A stretch of 64,000 nt of DNA from Aquificaceae bacterium (GCA_041640635.1 JBEPZX010000001.1:104764-168763), one strand, 5' to 3'. Shown: positions 1 through 10,471, counted from the first letter of the stretch. Made by a program: numbers and translations. The notes: generated from the sequence alone by a model not told the origin.

Positions 1-1018
1 CCTTCCCTTCCACATCCTGCGCTACTTTTTCCACAAAGGCATCCAAAGCTTGCTTTAGCTTACTGAACCACAAACCTTCGTAAACAAGCTTTGCATAGTT
101 ATGAGGTATGTAATTCAAAAAGTAATGAAAAGTGAACCTGTCTGTAACTAAGGAGAGAAGGTCTGAGTAAGCTTGGTATAGAATTGTAGCTGCAGGGGCT
201 TCGTAAACTTCCCTGCTTTTTATTCCTACGAGCCTATTCTCTACCATGTCTATTCTTCCTATTGCGTGTTTTCCACCAAGTGCGTTTAGATCCATAATCA
301 ATTGACTCAAAAGTTGGTATCTTTTTCCATTGATAGATACAGGTTTCCCCTCTTCAAACTCTATCTCTATATACTCAGGTTCCTCTGGAGCTTTTTGGGG
401 CGATACTGTCCATTCAAAAGCGTCCTCTGGTGGTTCTTGCCACGGATCCTCCAAAGGACCACACTCTATGGAAATACCCCACAGGTTTTTATCTATGGAG
501 TAAGGTTTATCCCTTGTGACTTTAACGGGGATACTGTGCTTTAGAGCGTAATCCACTTCCTCCTCTCTAGATTTAAACTCCCACTCTCTTACTGGAGCTA
601 AAACTTCCAAATCTGGGTTTAAGCTCCATGCGGAAAGTTCAAACCTCACTTGGTCGTTCCCTTTTCCGGTAGACCCATGAGCTACGTAGTCAGCGCTAAA
701 CTTTTTTGCATACTCTACCAGCTTTTTGGAAATTAAGGGTCTCGAAAGTGAAGCGCTTAAAGGATACTTTCCTTCATACAGAGCCAAAGCTCTCAATACG
801 GGAAGGCAATATTCCACAGCAAACTCTTCCTTTAGATCTTCCACGATAGCCTCAACAGCACCAGATATTGTAGCCTTTTGTGGAATTTCAGAGAGTTCTT
901 CACCCTGTCCCACATCGGCTGTGTAGGTTATAACTTCAAACCCTCTATCGGTGAGCCACCTAACGATAACCGATGTATCCAAACCACCTGAATATGCAAG
1001 TACTACCCTTTTAGCCAT
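1..1018 (-). CDS. argG: Argininosuccinate synthase (3' end beyond window)
   Basis: Not in the ORF track. Manual translation from CAT at 1016-1018 gives MAKRVVLAYSGGLDTS...HGSTGKGNDQVRFE...GRIDMVENRLVGIKSREVYEAP, all ArgG signatures. Confidence 0.97.
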   Translation of the reverse strand, partial: MAKRVVLAYSGGLDTSVIVRWLTDRGFEVITYTADVGQGEELSEIPQKATISGAVEAIVEDLKEEFAVEYCLPVLRALALYEGKYPLSASLSRPLISKKLVEYAKKFSADYVAHGSTGKGNDQVRFELSAWSLNPDLEVLAPVREWEFKSREEEVDYALKHSIPVKVTRDKPYSIDKNLWGISIECGPLEDPWQEPPEDAFEWTVSPQKAPEEPEYIEIEFEEGKPVSINGKRYQLLSQLIMDLNALGGKHAIGRIDMVENRLVGIKSREVYEAPAATILYQAYSDLLSLVTDRFTFHYFLNYIPHNYAKLVYEGLWFSKLKQALDAFVEKVAQDVEGK

Positions 1019-1043
1019 AAAAAAATTATAATCATAAAGTATT

Positions 1044-1571
1044 ATGAAAAATCTAAAAGCACTTAAACAGAAGGCTCAAAATGTAAGATTTTTTTTGATG
1101 GATGTAGACGGAGTACTAACGGATGGGAAACTATACTATACGGAAAGGGGGGAAGAAATAAAGGTTTTTAATGTTAAAGATGGTTTGGGGATAAAGCTTC
1201 TTCAGATGGCAGGAATACCAAGCGGCGTGATATCTGGGAGAAAATCAGGTGCTTTGGAGAAACGTTTAACGGAACTGGAAGTAGATGAAATTTATCTAGG
1301 GCACAATGAAAAGCTCAGTATATTGGATGAGATATTAAGAAGAAGAAACATAGGTTACGAGAATGTGGCTTACATAGGAGATGATTACGTGGATTTGCCC
1401 ATTTTAAAGCGTGTAGGATTCCCTATGGCTGTGAAGGATGCCCATCCCGTAGTTAAAAAACATGCTCTGTACGTTACCAAAGCCAGAGGTGGTGAAGGAG
1501 CTCTGCGAGAAGCTATAGAGTTCTTTCTTGATTTATCAGGATTTTTAAGTGCTTTGGTTGATGGAGTTTAA
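1044..1571 (+). CDS. kdsC: KDO 8-phosphate phosphatase (HAD family)
   Basis: DVDGVLTDG, FNVKDGLG and YIGDD motifs; lies directly upstream of lptC-lptA. Confidence 0.93.
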   Translation: MKNLKALKQKAQNVRFFLMDVDGVLTDGKLYYTERGEEIKVFNVKDGLGIKLLQMAGIPSGVISGRKSGALEKRLTELEVDEIYLGHNEKLSILDEILRRRNIGYENVAYIGDDYVDLPILKRVGFPMAVKDAHPVVKKHALYVTKARGGEGALREAIEFFLDLSGFLSALVDGV

Positions 1572-2077
1572 TGGTTAGAACAGTCCTTTTTAGCTTGTTT
1601 ATTATTTTTGTAGGTTTTTTGCTAAACATGTTTGTGCAGAGTAGATACAAAAGTATAAAGTCTGTATCCGAAGACATCGGCAATAGAAGCTTGTTTGAAA
1701 ACACACAAGTAAAGGTGTACGGTAAATCTGGTGTTGAATGGATTGTTAAGGGTAACATTCTTGAAATGGAAAAGGATTGGGTCAAATTGCAGAACCCAGT
1801 TTTTGTCTCAAATAAGGGTGAAACAATAAAAGCAGACAAAGGTATATTGAACAGATCTACAGGTTTAGGAAAATTGGAAGGAAATGTATTGCTAGAATCA
1901 CAGGATATTTACATAGAAACTGATGTAGCTGATGTAGACCTTAAGAATAACTTAATAAGTGGAGAAGGCTATGTATATGCAAAAAATGAAGATAAGATTA
2001 TTCGTGGGAAAGGTTACGTTATATATCTTAGATCCCAAAAGGTTATAATTAAGAATGTAGATACGGAGATAAGATGA
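1571..2077 (+). CDS. lptC: LPS export periplasmic protein LptC
   Basis: Single N-terminal TM helix, then beta-rich repeats (IKADKG, LEGNV); kdsC-lptC-lptA gene order. Confidence 0.75.
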   Translation: MVRTVLFSLFIIFVGFLLNMFVQSRYKSIKSVSEDIGNRSLFENTQVKVYGKSGVEWIVKGNILEMEKDWVKLQNPVFVSNKGETIKADKGILNRSTGLGKLEGNVLLESQDIYIETDVADVDLKNNLISGEGYVYAKNEDKIIRGKGYVIYLRSQKVIIKNVDTEIR

Positions 2078-2529
2078 GAATCCTTATATTTCTTTATGTT
2101 TTGCTTATAGGTTTATCTTTTGGTCAACAAGGGATACTTGTAGAAGCAAATAAAATGGAATATGAGAAAAATACCATAACTTACATAGGTAATGTGAAGG
2201 CTACACGTGGTCAAGCTTTATTAAAAGCAGATAAGGTAATTGTATACCTCGATGAAAATAAAAAAGCAAGTAAAATAGAAGCTATAGGCAATGTGTCTTA
2301 CGTGGAAGGAATAAGAAAGGGTAAAGCGGATAGGGCACAGTACGATTTGAAGTCAGAAATTCTAATCTTAATAGGAAACGCTAAGATTGAAGAAGGAACA
2401 AACTTTGTGGAAGGTGACGAAATTGTTTACTACAAAAGGGAAGATAGGGCAGTTGCAATAGGGAAAAACGGCAGAGTTAGGAGTTTCTACATAGAGGAAA
2501 AAGATGACAAAGTCAGAAATAATAAATAG
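2074..2529 (+). CDS. lptA: LPS transport periplasmic protein LptA (OstA-like)
   Basis: Signal peptide; YIGNVKATRG...LKADKV...AIGNV...LIGNA repeats. Confidence 0.88.
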   Translation: MRILIFLYVLLIGLSFGQQGILVEANKMEYEKNTITYIGNVKATRGQALLKADKVIVYLDENKKASKIEAIGNVSYVEGIRKGKADRAQYDLKSEILILIGNAKIEEGTNFVEGDEIVYYKREDRAVAIGKNGRVRSFYIEEKDDKVRNNK

Positions 2530-2785
2530 GCTTTCAAGTGATTACCAAATAGATGTAAAGCTTGCTGCAAAAATAGTAAACATGGTGTTTGACGAAATAT
2601 TAAATCTTACAATAAATCACGGTAAATTAGAGATTAGGGGTTTTGGAAACTTTAAACTTAAAAAGAAGAACGGTAGGTTTATAAAGAATCCAAAAACTGG
2701 TGTGGAAATGTTTGTAAACAGTAGATACACTGTTGTATTTAAACCTTCAGAAATTTTAATAAGGAAGATAAATGGAAAAGTTTGA
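2504..2785 (+). CDS. HU/IHF family DNA-binding protein (IHF-beta-like)
   Basis: MTKSE..., LEIRGFGNF, KNPKTG, FKPS. Confidence 0.9.
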   Translation: MTKSEIINRLSSDYQIDVKLAAKIVNMVFDEILNLTINHGKLEIRGFGNFKLKKKNGRFIKNPKTGVEMFVNSRYTVVFKPSEILIRKINGKV

Positions 2786-3812
2786 CGTAGTTATAATAGG
2801 TGGAGGTCCCGCTGGATCCACATGTGCTTATAAGTTAGCCAAAGCAGGAGCTAAAGTTCTGGTTGTGGATTTCAAAGTTCAAATTGGGAAACCTGTCCAA
2901 TGTGCAGAGTTTGTGCCTATACAACTTTTTCATCAATTTAAGGAGTTTTTTCCCAGGGAAGTGATAGCTCAGAAAGTAAAAAATATGGTTCACTATACAC
3001 CTTGGAATCAGTTAGTAGACATGTGGTCGGAAGGCTTTGTTCTTCATAGAGAAAGGTTTGATTCAAACATCGCTCAGCTTGCCGTAAATAAAGGTACCAA
3101 GTATATGCTGCGAACCATCTTCTTAGGCTTTGAAGATGGTAGGGTTCTATTGGAAGAGATACCTACAAGAAAAAGATTTAATCTAAAGGCTGAAATAATT
3201 GTAGGTGCAGACGGTCCAAGGTCAAAGGTGGCTAAACTAACTGGAAGGCATACAAAAAGTTTTCTAACCACGGCTCAGTATACCATGAAGCTTAAGAAAA
3301 AACTTGAAGACTTAATAATTTACTTTAGGGAATATATACCTGGAGGGTACGGATGGATTTTCCCAAAGGGGGAATGGGCAAATGTAGGTGTTGGCATAGA
3401 TCCGGAATATTCATACAACGTAATGGATGTGCTCAAAAGATTCGTTAATGAAGTTGTCTCAGATGGTTGGGTAGAAAAGAAAGTGATAAAAAAAACGGGT
3501 GGTTGGATACCTGCGGATGGTCTCTTGGATGTGAGAAGAGGTAGAGTTTTGCTGATAGGTGATGCGGGTGGTTTTTGTCATCCCATAACCGGTGGAGGAA
3601 TAGCAAACGCAGTTTTATCTGGAGACGCTTGTGCCGAGGCTATAATAGAAGGGGACTTAGAAATTTTTCAGGAATATGCTTACGACACCTTTGGTACCAC
3701 CCTTTCAAGGGCAGCTAAAAAACGCAAAATGCATATGAAGAAATGGGACAACTTAGAAAAAATCATTCCAAAAACGTGGATAGCTTTCAAGGAGTATTGG
3801 GAAACTTTATAA
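2772..3812 (+). CDS. Geranylgeranyl reductase family FAD-dependent oxidoreductase
   Basis: GGGPAGS, GADG, PGGYGWIFP, GDAGG..HPITGGGI. Confidence 0.88.
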   Translation: MEKFDVVIIGGGPAGSTCAYKLAKAGAKVLVVDFKVQIGKPVQCAEFVPIQLFHQFKEFFPREVIAQKVKNMVHYTPWNQLVDMWSEGFVLHRERFDSNIAQLAVNKGTKYMLRTIFLGFEDGRVLLEEIPTRKRFNLKAEIIVGADGPRSKVAKLTGRHTKSFLTTAQYTMKLKKKLEDLIIYFREYIPGGYGWIFPKGEWANVGVGIDPEYSYNVMDVLKRFVNEVVSDGWVEKKVIKKTGGWIPADGLLDVRRGRVLLIGDAGGFCHPITGGGIANAVLSGDACAEAIIEGDLEIFQEYAYDTFGTTLSRAAKKRKMHMKKWDNLEKIIPKTWIAFKEYWETL

Positions 3813-3817
3813 ACAAA

Positions 3818-4102
3818 TTATCCGCCAGCTATTGCTGGTACTATTGAAAGTGTATCTCCATCTTTTAGTTCGGTATTTGCTCCGTTTAAAAACCTAATAT
3901 CTTCATCGTTTACATATAGGTTAACAAAACGTCTGACTTCTCCATTTTCGTCCAGAATTCTTTCTTTAATACCTGGATACATGGAATCTAATTTCTCTAT
4001 CAAAATAGATAATTTTATGCTACCTTCTGTATCAACATTTATTTCCCCTTGTCCGTTAGTCAGTCTTCTGAGTGGCGTAGGTACTCTTACCACTATACCC
4101 AT
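3818..4102 (-). CDS. Ubiquitin-like sulfur carrier (MoaD/CysO/SAMP-like)
   Basis: PTPLR, FVNLYVNDEDIRF, C-terminal PAIAGG; GGAGGT RBS. Confidence 0.9.
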   Translation of the reverse strand: MGIVVRVPTPLRRLTNGQGEINVDTEGSIKLSILIEKLDSMYPGIKERILDENGEVRRFVNLYVNDEDIRFLNGANTELKDGDTLSIVPAIAGG

Positions 4103-4140
4103 TTTTTACCTCCGAAAAAAAAGTGATTAATAATTATAAC

Positions 4141-4578
4141 ATGGAACCTTATGAAGTATGTATTAATCTAGCGAAGCAGTCGTATCGTATGGGTGAGGTA
4201 CCCGTAGGATGCGTGATAATAAAAAATGGTCAAATTTTAGCTGCTACGCATAATCTTGTACAGACTCTAAAAGACCCCACAGCTCACGCAGAAATACTCG
4301 CTATAAGGGAAGCAAGTAGTAAACTAAATGAGAAATTTTTGTTGGATTGTGAAGTCCATGTTACGATAGAGCCATGTATAATGTGCACTTACGCCCTACT
4401 ACTTGCTAGAGTCTCAAAGATAATTTTTTATGCACCAGATCCAAAACATGGGGGAGTTATGAGCCTTTACAACATTTTAGACGATTCTCATCTAAACCAC
4501 AAAGTTAAGTGGGTATATAAACCCAAAGAGGAGGCAAAGGAATTAATGAAGGCTTTCTTTAGGGAAAGAAGAGTGTAA
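4141..4578 (+). CDS. tadA: tRNA adenosine(34) deaminase
   Basis: EVPVG, PTAHAE, EPCxMC, FFRERR. ATG at 4141 preferred over the GTG at 4123. Confidence 0.92.
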   Translation: MEPYEVCINLAKQSYRMGEVPVGCVIIKNGQILAATHNLVQTLKDPTAHAEILAIREASSKLNEKFLLDCEVHVTIEPCIMCTYALLLARVSKIIFYAPDPKHGGVMSLYNILDDSHLNHKVKWVYKPKEEAKELMKAFFRERRV

Positions 4579-5436
4579 GCAGCCATTTTTAAGAAAGCAA
4601 TCGGTATTTGCTTCTTCTACTTGGATAGTAGTATGTTTTATTCCATACTCATTCAATATAGTGTTTATTCTCTGTATAGCTTCTGTAGAGTTTTTTATGT
4701 CATTTACTACTATGTGAGCTGTAAAGATGTGATCTTTTGGTGTTAGTGACCAAAGATGAAGGTCATGTAAATCTTCCACATAAGGCAAGCTTCTTATTTT
4801 GGCTTCTATTTTTTCCAACGGGATGTGTGAAGGTGCAGTTTCTAAAAATATTTCAATGGATATCCTTAATATGTTGTAAATTTGAGGTATTATTAGAAGA
4901 GTAAGTCCTAAACTCACAAACAAATCAGCTACGTAAGTTTGCGTTAAGAGTATAACTATACCAGCTATCAAGGTAGAGATGGATCCTATAGTATCAAATA
5001 TAACGTGAAGAAAAGCAACTTTTAAGTTTATGTTTTCATGCGCATGATTGTGTAAAAGAAAAACCATAATAAGGTTTAGGATTAAACCTATAAATGCTAC
5101 AGTCAACATAGGAATTGCCATGATTTCAACGGGACTGAAGAATCTGTTTATGAATTCGTATAAAATGTAACCTATCAGGAAAATAAGAAATATAGCATTT
5201 ATAAAACTGGATAAAACTTCAGCTCGCTTGAGTCCGTAAGTCATTCTATTAGTACCATTTTTTGAAGCCAAGTAGCTACCTATGAACGCTATAAGCAAAG
5301 CAGCAGAATCTGTGAACATGTGACCAGCATCGGAGACCAAAGCCAAACTGTTGGTGTAAATACCTGTTAAGAATTCGATTATCCCAAACCCGAATGTTAT
5401 TAGCAAGGCTATGCCTAATACCTTTTTTTGCTCCAT
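4543..5436 (-). CDS. Cation diffusion facilitator (CzcD/ZitB-like Zn/Co efflux)
   Basis: SLALVSDAGHMFTD, HVIFD, DLHLWSLT, HTTIQVE. Confidence 0.9.
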   Translation of the reverse strand: MEQKKVLGIALLITFGFGIIEFLTGIYTNSLALVSDAGHMFTDSAALLIAFIGSYLASKNGTNRMTYGLKRAEVLSSFINAIFLIFLIGYILYEFINRFFSPVEIMAIPMLTVAFIGLILNLIMVFLLHNHAHENINLKVAFLHVIFDTIGSISTLIAGIVILLTQTYVADLFVSLGLTLLIIPQIYNILRISIEIFLETAPSHIPLEKIEAKIRSLPYVEDLHDLHLWSLTPKDHIFTAHIVVNDIKNSTEAIQRINTILNEYGIKHTTIQVEEANTDCFLKNGCLHSSFPKESLH

Positions 5437-5487
5437 GATTACTGTTAATATTTAAATTATGATACTAAAGTATGAAAGCAATAAAAA

Positions 5488-7863
5488 ATGAGCACAGAGA
5501 AGCTTGAAAAGGCAAAGTCTTTAATAAAATCTCTAAAAGAGAAAAACTATCTAAAACTTAGAAGAAGTATAGGTACAGGTATGTACCTTTTTAATCTTCT
5601 GAAAGATTATTTGAGTATTACCTATCTAGATCTTTTAAAAGAGTTTGATAGATTGCCCATCCAAAAACGAATAGCGATTCTTGAACAGGTAGAAAAAGTT
5701 GTAGAAAGTGCTAGTAGTAACATCGTTGTGTTTTATAACTTTGACAACATACCTAAAAAGACTATAGAAAGCTTTTTCATAGATGTAGACAAGCTCAGTG
5801 TTTTGAGTGAAAAGGAGAAAAAACTTTTGAAAGCTTTTGGAATAAGAGATCTTTACTCTGCTCTATGGTTCTTACCTATAAGGTATGAAGATAGAAGGAT
5901 AAATACTAGCATAATAACTGCCAAAGCAGGAAAGAAAGTAACTTTGAAGGTAAGTGTTTTAGAAAGTGGTTACAATGCTAACGAAAAGTATCCGGCGTTT
6001 GTAAAAGTCAAAGATAGCACAGATACTATGTATCTGAAATTTAGGTTTAAAAGTCCAAAAGCTTTAATACCTTTCAAAGTAGGATCAACTCTTATAGTTT
6101 ATGGAACACTGAAAGAATTTAATAAACAGAAGTATATGGTGCATCCAAAAATACTAAGAGATTACGAAGTAGGAAACATATTGCCTTTTTATAACGTACG
6201 TGGAGATGTAGGGATAAAGTCCGTAAATACTAAACACAAGAAGCTTAGAGAAACCCTATCTAAACTCGTAGAGTATGCCAAAAGCATTAAGGAGTATCTT
6301 CCAAATGAGGTATTGCAAAAGCATAACTTTCCAAAAATAGGTGAGTCACTGTACTTTTTACACAAACCCCCACCTATTGATATAGTGGACGAGTTAAACA
6401 ACTTTCAAAGCATCTATCAAAAGCGTCTAATATACGAAGAGTTATTACTCTTTCAATTAGCATTGAGACTAAGGAAACTAAAAGTAGAAAGCTTACCAGC
6501 TATAGTAATAGGTTCGGATGCACAGGAGCATCTAGAGAATTTTAAGTCTAGATTACCCTTTAAATTAACGCTTCCTCAGGAGAAGGTGATACACGAAGCT
6601 TTAGAGAGTATGAGCTCTGGTAAACCAATGAATAGATTACTGCAAGGTGATGTAGGAAGTGGCAAGACTGTTGTCGCTATGGCATTATCTTACATACTTG
6701 CCAAACATGGTTATCAAAGTGCTGTGATGGTACCTACGGAAATACTGGCTTTTCAACACTATAAGAACTTTGAAAGCTTGCTATCACCTATGGGAATAAA
6801 GGTTGGACTTCTGGTAGGTTCAGTAAAAGGAGTCAGACGAAAGTCTCTATACAAACATGTGAAGGATGGGGATATAGACATCGTTATAGGAACCCACGCT
6901 CTAATTCAGGAGGGCTTAGAATTTAAAAAACTTGGACTTGTAATTATAGATGAGCAACACAGGTTTGGTGTCCTTCAAAGAAAGATCCTTATGGAGAAGG
7001 CAAAGGGTGTATATCCCCACTGTCTCGTAATGAGTGCTACACCTATACCTAGAACTTTGGCATTGTCTATATATGGTGACTTGGATGTTTCTATAATAGA
7101 TCAGCTACCGCAAGGAAGGAAACCCGTTATAACACGATTGATGTTCGATAGTGAGTTTGAAAGGGTGTTGGAGTTTGTAAAAAGGGAAATGCAACAAGGA
7201 AACAAAGTTTACGTGGTATATCCTCTTATAGAAGAGTCGGAGAAAACAGACCTAAAGGCTGCAACTGTGGAGTATAAAAGGTGGCAGTCCTTGTTTCCAG
7301 ACAGAAACGTTATTTTGCTGCATGGAAAAATGAAAGATGAGCAGAAACAAGAAGTTCTAAAAGAGTTCAAAGAAAAGGGACATATTTTGGTGTCAACTAC
7401 CGTAATAGAAGTAGGGATAGATATACCGGAAGCCACGGTTATGGTGATAGAATCCGCTCATAAGTTTGGTCTGTCTCAACTGCACCAGCTAAGGGGTAGG
7501 GTAGGCAGATCAGACAAACAAGGTTTCTGCTTTTTGGTTGTTCCAGATAACATAAAGAACCAAGACAGCGATACATTAAAGAGGTTAGGAATCTTGGTCA
7601 GAACCAACGATGGGTTCAAGATAGCAGAAGAGGACCTGAAGATAAGAGGTCCAGGTGAGCTTTTGGGAGCCTCCCAATCAGGATACTTTGGTTTTAACAT
7701 AGCGAATTTAAATAGGCTTTTAGACACAAAGCTTTTGCAAGTAGCTAAAGAGGATGCTCTATTCATCTTAGAAAAGGATTCCAAGCTAGCCAATTTAGTA
7801 GACCTTAAAAAGGTTATTCTTAAAAGGTACTCACAGAAGTTGGATCTAGGACATATAGCTTAA
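5488..7863 (+). CDS. recG: ATP-dependent DNA helicase RecG with N-terminal extension
   Basis: RLLQGDVGSGKT, DEQHRFG, SATPIPRT, QLRGRVGR, RGPGE. Confidence 0.97.
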   Translation: MSTEKLEKAKSLIKSLKEKNYLKLRRSIGTGMYLFNLLKDYLSITYLDLLKEFDRLPIQKRIAILEQVEKVVESASSNIVVFYNFDNIPKKTIESFFIDVDKLSVLSEKEKKLLKAFGIRDLYSALWFLPIRYEDRRINTSIITAKAGKKVTLKVSVLESGYNANEKYPAFVKVKDSTDTMYLKFRFKSPKALIPFKVGSTLIVYGTLKEFNKQKYMVHPKILRDYEVGNILPFYNVRGDVGIKSVNTKHKKLRETLSKLVEYAKSIKEYLPNEVLQKHNFPKIGESLYFLHKPPPIDIVDELNNFQSIYQKRLIYEELLLFQLALRLRKLKVESLPAIVIGSDAQEHLENFKSRLPFKLTLPQEKVIHEALESMSSGKPMNRLLQGDVGSGKTVVAMALSYILAKHGYQSAVMVPTEILAFQHYKNFESLLSPMGIKVGLLVGSVKGVRRKSLYKHVKDGDIDIVIGTHALIQEGLEFKKLGLVIIDEQHRFGVLQRKILMEKAKGVYPHCLVMSATPIPRTLALSIYGDLDVSIIDQLPQGRKPVITRLMFDSEFERVLEFVKREMQQGNKVYVVYPLIEESEKTDLKAATVEYKRWQSLFPDRNVILLHGKMKDEQKQEVLKEFKEKGHILVSTTVIEVGIDIPEATVMVIESAHKFGLSQLHQLRGRVGRSDKQGFCFLVVPDNIKNQDSDTLKRLGILVRTNDGFKIAEEDLKIRGPGELLGASQSGYFGFNIANLNRLLDTKLLQVAKEDALFILEKDSKLANLVDLKKVILKRYSQKLDLGHIA

Positions 7864-9111
7864 CTAAAGCTTGAGTATGTAATCAGCTTTTTCTACCGCA
7901 TCTTTTACGAGATTTAATATTTCATCCTTTTCTATTTGTGTTTGCTTTTCTAAACTATCAAGAAGGGGATCTGAGTAAGGATTACTAGATGATAGTATGG
8001 CATTAGATGCTTCCTCAATCAAAACTGCTTTATTGAGTATTGAATTTAAAACTTGATTTTTACCTGTAAAACCATCTATTATATCTTGCGATACATTTAC
8101 CTCTTTTAAAAAGACAATCTTATCTTCCCCTACTATTTGATCTATCAAAGAAAACAGCCCCATCATGTAAGCTTTAGATGAAATGTCCTTTGCATGTGAA
8201 TTTGCTATCCTTTCAGCTATTATAGCCCTTACTAAAGATTTTTTCCATAAATTGGGATCTTCTATGGTTAGGTAATCGTTTATAGAAAATACCATTAAAA
8301 AGTTCCTTAGGTTTCTGAGACCTAGCATAGCGCATGCTTGCTCTATGTTTGTTATCTCTTTAACTAAAGAGAAATACGCAGAATTGACCAATTTTAAAAT
8401 TTTAGCACTCATTCCTACATCTGTGGATATCACTTTTGCTATTTCCTTTGTGCTTTCCGCAGTGTGAATTATGGCTAATAGTCTTAGTAACGTGCTCTTT
8501 AAATACTGTGTTATATGTATCTCTTTCTGGATTAGCGGAGGCCCCAGGAAATTTCCTTCAAAAAACATGCCTACTTCTAAGGCTTTATTGTATTCCTTTT
8601 CTGTTTCAATTTGCGTTATTATTAAAGCTTTATTATCAGCTTTTGATTTTAGTTCTAGTTCCTTACTTAGTTTATGGATGCTGGTAGTAATAAAGTGTGC
8701 TTTTTTATACATTTCTTGATAGAAGCTGTCTTGTATCAAATCTTCTGATATAGAAAACCTGGTTCCACTATTCGTCATATTGTCCATGACCTTTAAAATA
8801 TTTTGATAAACTATCTGACCTATACTTATCTGAGGATGAATGATTTCTATAATTAACTTGCTAGGTTCTAGCAAATTTAGAGCTTTGTTCATGAGAGAAT
8901 CTACAGATACATTCAATATGATCTTTTTCCCTTCCCCCACTCTTTCTAGACCATATTCGGAAATTATTTCCAGTATTATAAAAGTAGCTCTGTTGTATGG
9001 AACTTCCTTTGGATACTCTTTCATACTACTCTTTTTTCTTAAATAAACTTCAAAGGCTACTAAATTCCCCTTTTTGTCAAATACTGGTTGTTTGGCTATA
9101 ACAAAACTCAT
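7864..9111 (-). CDS. Degenerate EAL plus HDOD domain signalling protein (COG3434/YuxH-like)
   Basis: N-terminal IAKQPVFD...FEVYLR; HDOD motifs DVGMSAKILKLVNSAYF and GLFSLID. Confidence 0.8.
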   Translation of the reverse strand: MSFVIAKQPVFDKKGNLVAFEVYLRKKSSMKEYPKEVPYNRATFIILEIISEYGLERVGEGKKIILNVSVDSLMNKALNLLEPSKLIIEIIHPQISIGQIVYQNILKVMDNMTNSGTRFSISEDLIQDSFYQEMYKKAHFITTSIHKLSKELELKSKADNKALIITQIETEKEYNKALEVGMFFEGNFLGPPLIQKEIHITQYLKSTLLRLLAIIHTAESTKEIAKVISTDVGMSAKILKLVNSAYFSLVKEITNIEQACAMLGLRNLRNFLMVFSINDYLTIEDPNLWKKSLVRAIIAERIANSHAKDISSKAYMMGLFSLIDQIVGEDKIVFLKEVNVSQDIIDGFTGKNQVLNSILNKAVLIEEASNAILSSSNPYSDPLLDSLEKQTQIEKDEILNLVKDAVEKADYILKL

Positions 9112-9118
9112 GTCCCCC

Positions 9119-10399
9119 CTATTTATGAAGCTTTATTATATCATCTACTACTTCTTCTCTTAATTCAGGATACAAGGGAAATTGCTCGCATATTTGTGCC
9201 ACTTCCTGTTTTACTTCTTCTATTAAATTCTCATTATCTATGTTTTTTATAACTTTGGCAATAAGTTTCGCTGTGATTCTGCTTTCATATTCCTTCATAC
9301 CTCTCGTGGTTATGGCGGGTGTTCCTATCCTTATTCCGCTGGTCTTGGTGGGTGGTAGCGGATCAAAGGGCACGGCGTTTTTGTTGACTGTTATATTGGC
9401 TCTTCCAAGAGCTTCCTCTACTTGCTTACCTGTGAGTCCCTTGTCCCTGAGGTCCACCAAAACTATGTGACTGTCCGTCCCACCTGTTACTATCTTGAAA
9501 CCTTCCCTTGAAAGCTCATCAGCCATGGCTTGTGCGTTCAGTACCACCTGTTTGGCATACTCCTTAAATGCGTCGGTCATGGCTTCTTTGAAAGCAACGG
9601 CTTTTGCCGCTATGACGTGCATCAAGGGTCCCCCTTGTATTCCTGGAAATACCGCCTTGTCTATGTCCTTGGCAAACTCAGCTTTGCAGAGTATAAAGCC
9701 GCTTCTTGGTCCCCTTAGTGTCTTGTGGGTTGTAGAGGTCACAAAGTGAGCGTAAGGCACGGGATTAGGATACACGCCACCTGCGATGAGTCCAGAGTAG
9801 TGCGCCATATCTACCATAAATAAGGCGCCTACCTCATCCGCTATCTCTCTCATCTTTGCCCAGTCTATAACTCTTGGGTATGCAGAAGCTCCACCCACTA
9901 TGAGTTTGGGTTTGTGCTCCTTTGCCAACTTGTACATCTGGTTGTAGTCTATCCTTTCTGTTTCTGGATTTAAACCGTAATACACAGCGTTGTATACTTT
10001 GCCTGAGAAGTTCACCTTTGCTCCGTGGGTTAAGTGTCCACCGTGGGCAAGATCCATTCCCATTATGGTATCACCTGGTTTTAGGACAGCCATGTACACA
10101 GCCATATTGGCTTGGCTTCCAGAGTGTGGTTGCACGTTGGCATGCTCTGCACCATAAATAGCCTTTACCCTCTGAATTGCTAAATCTTCCGCTATGTCTA
10201 CAAACTCACATCCGCCGTAATACCTTTTATGTGGTAGTCCTTCGGCGTATTTGTTGGTAAGGACTGATCCTTGAGCTTCCATAACGGCAAGGGATGTAAA
10301 GTTCTCAGAAGCTATAAGCTCAAGATGATAAAACTGCCTCTGGTACTCTCTAACTATTACTTCGTAAATTTCTCTGTCTACTTCTTTAATGTGTCTCAT
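9119..10399 (-). CDS. glyA: Serine hydroxymethyltransferase
   Basis: [33 protein letters not shown] at 10399 (MRHI...) preferred over the TTG at 10408. Confidence 0.98.
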   Translation of the reverse strand: MRHIKEVDREIYEVIVREYQRQFYHLELIASENFTSLAVMEAQGSVLTNKYAEGLPHKRYYGGCEFVDIAEDLAIQRVKAIYGAEHANVQPHSGSQANMAVYMAVLKPGDTIMGMDLAHGGHLTHGAKVNFSGKVYNAVYYGLNPETERIDYNQMYKLAKEHKPKLIVGGASAYPRVIDWAKMREIADEVGALFMVDMAHYSGLIAGGVYPNPVPYAHFVTSTTHKTLRGPRSGFILCKAEFAKDIDKAVFPGIQGGPLMHVIAAKAVAFKEAMTDAFKEYAKQVVLNAQAMADELSREGFKIVTGGTDSHIVLVDLRDKGLTGKQVEEALGRANITVNKNAVPFDPLPPTKTSGIRIGTPAITTRGMKEYESRITAKLIAKVIKNIDNENLIEEVKQEVAQICEQFPLYPELREEVVDDIIKLHK

Positions 10400-10443
10400 T
10401 TCTAACAATTATAATGCCTAAAACTTCATGTGACAATTTGTGT

Positions 10444-10471
10444 TGCATATATGACATATTTGACATATAAT
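10444..10471 (+). promoter_or_regulatory. Putative sigma70 promoter of moaE operon (leaderless)
   Basis: TTGCAT-16 bp-TATAAT, 7 nt before the moaE ATG; no SD sequence. Confidence 0.55.

Noticed and set aside
10428..10466. TGACA repeats and an imperfect palindrome between glyA and moaE as a ModE or other operator
   Set aside because: No match to the ModE consensus, irregular spacing, and overlap with promoter elements; too weak to call.
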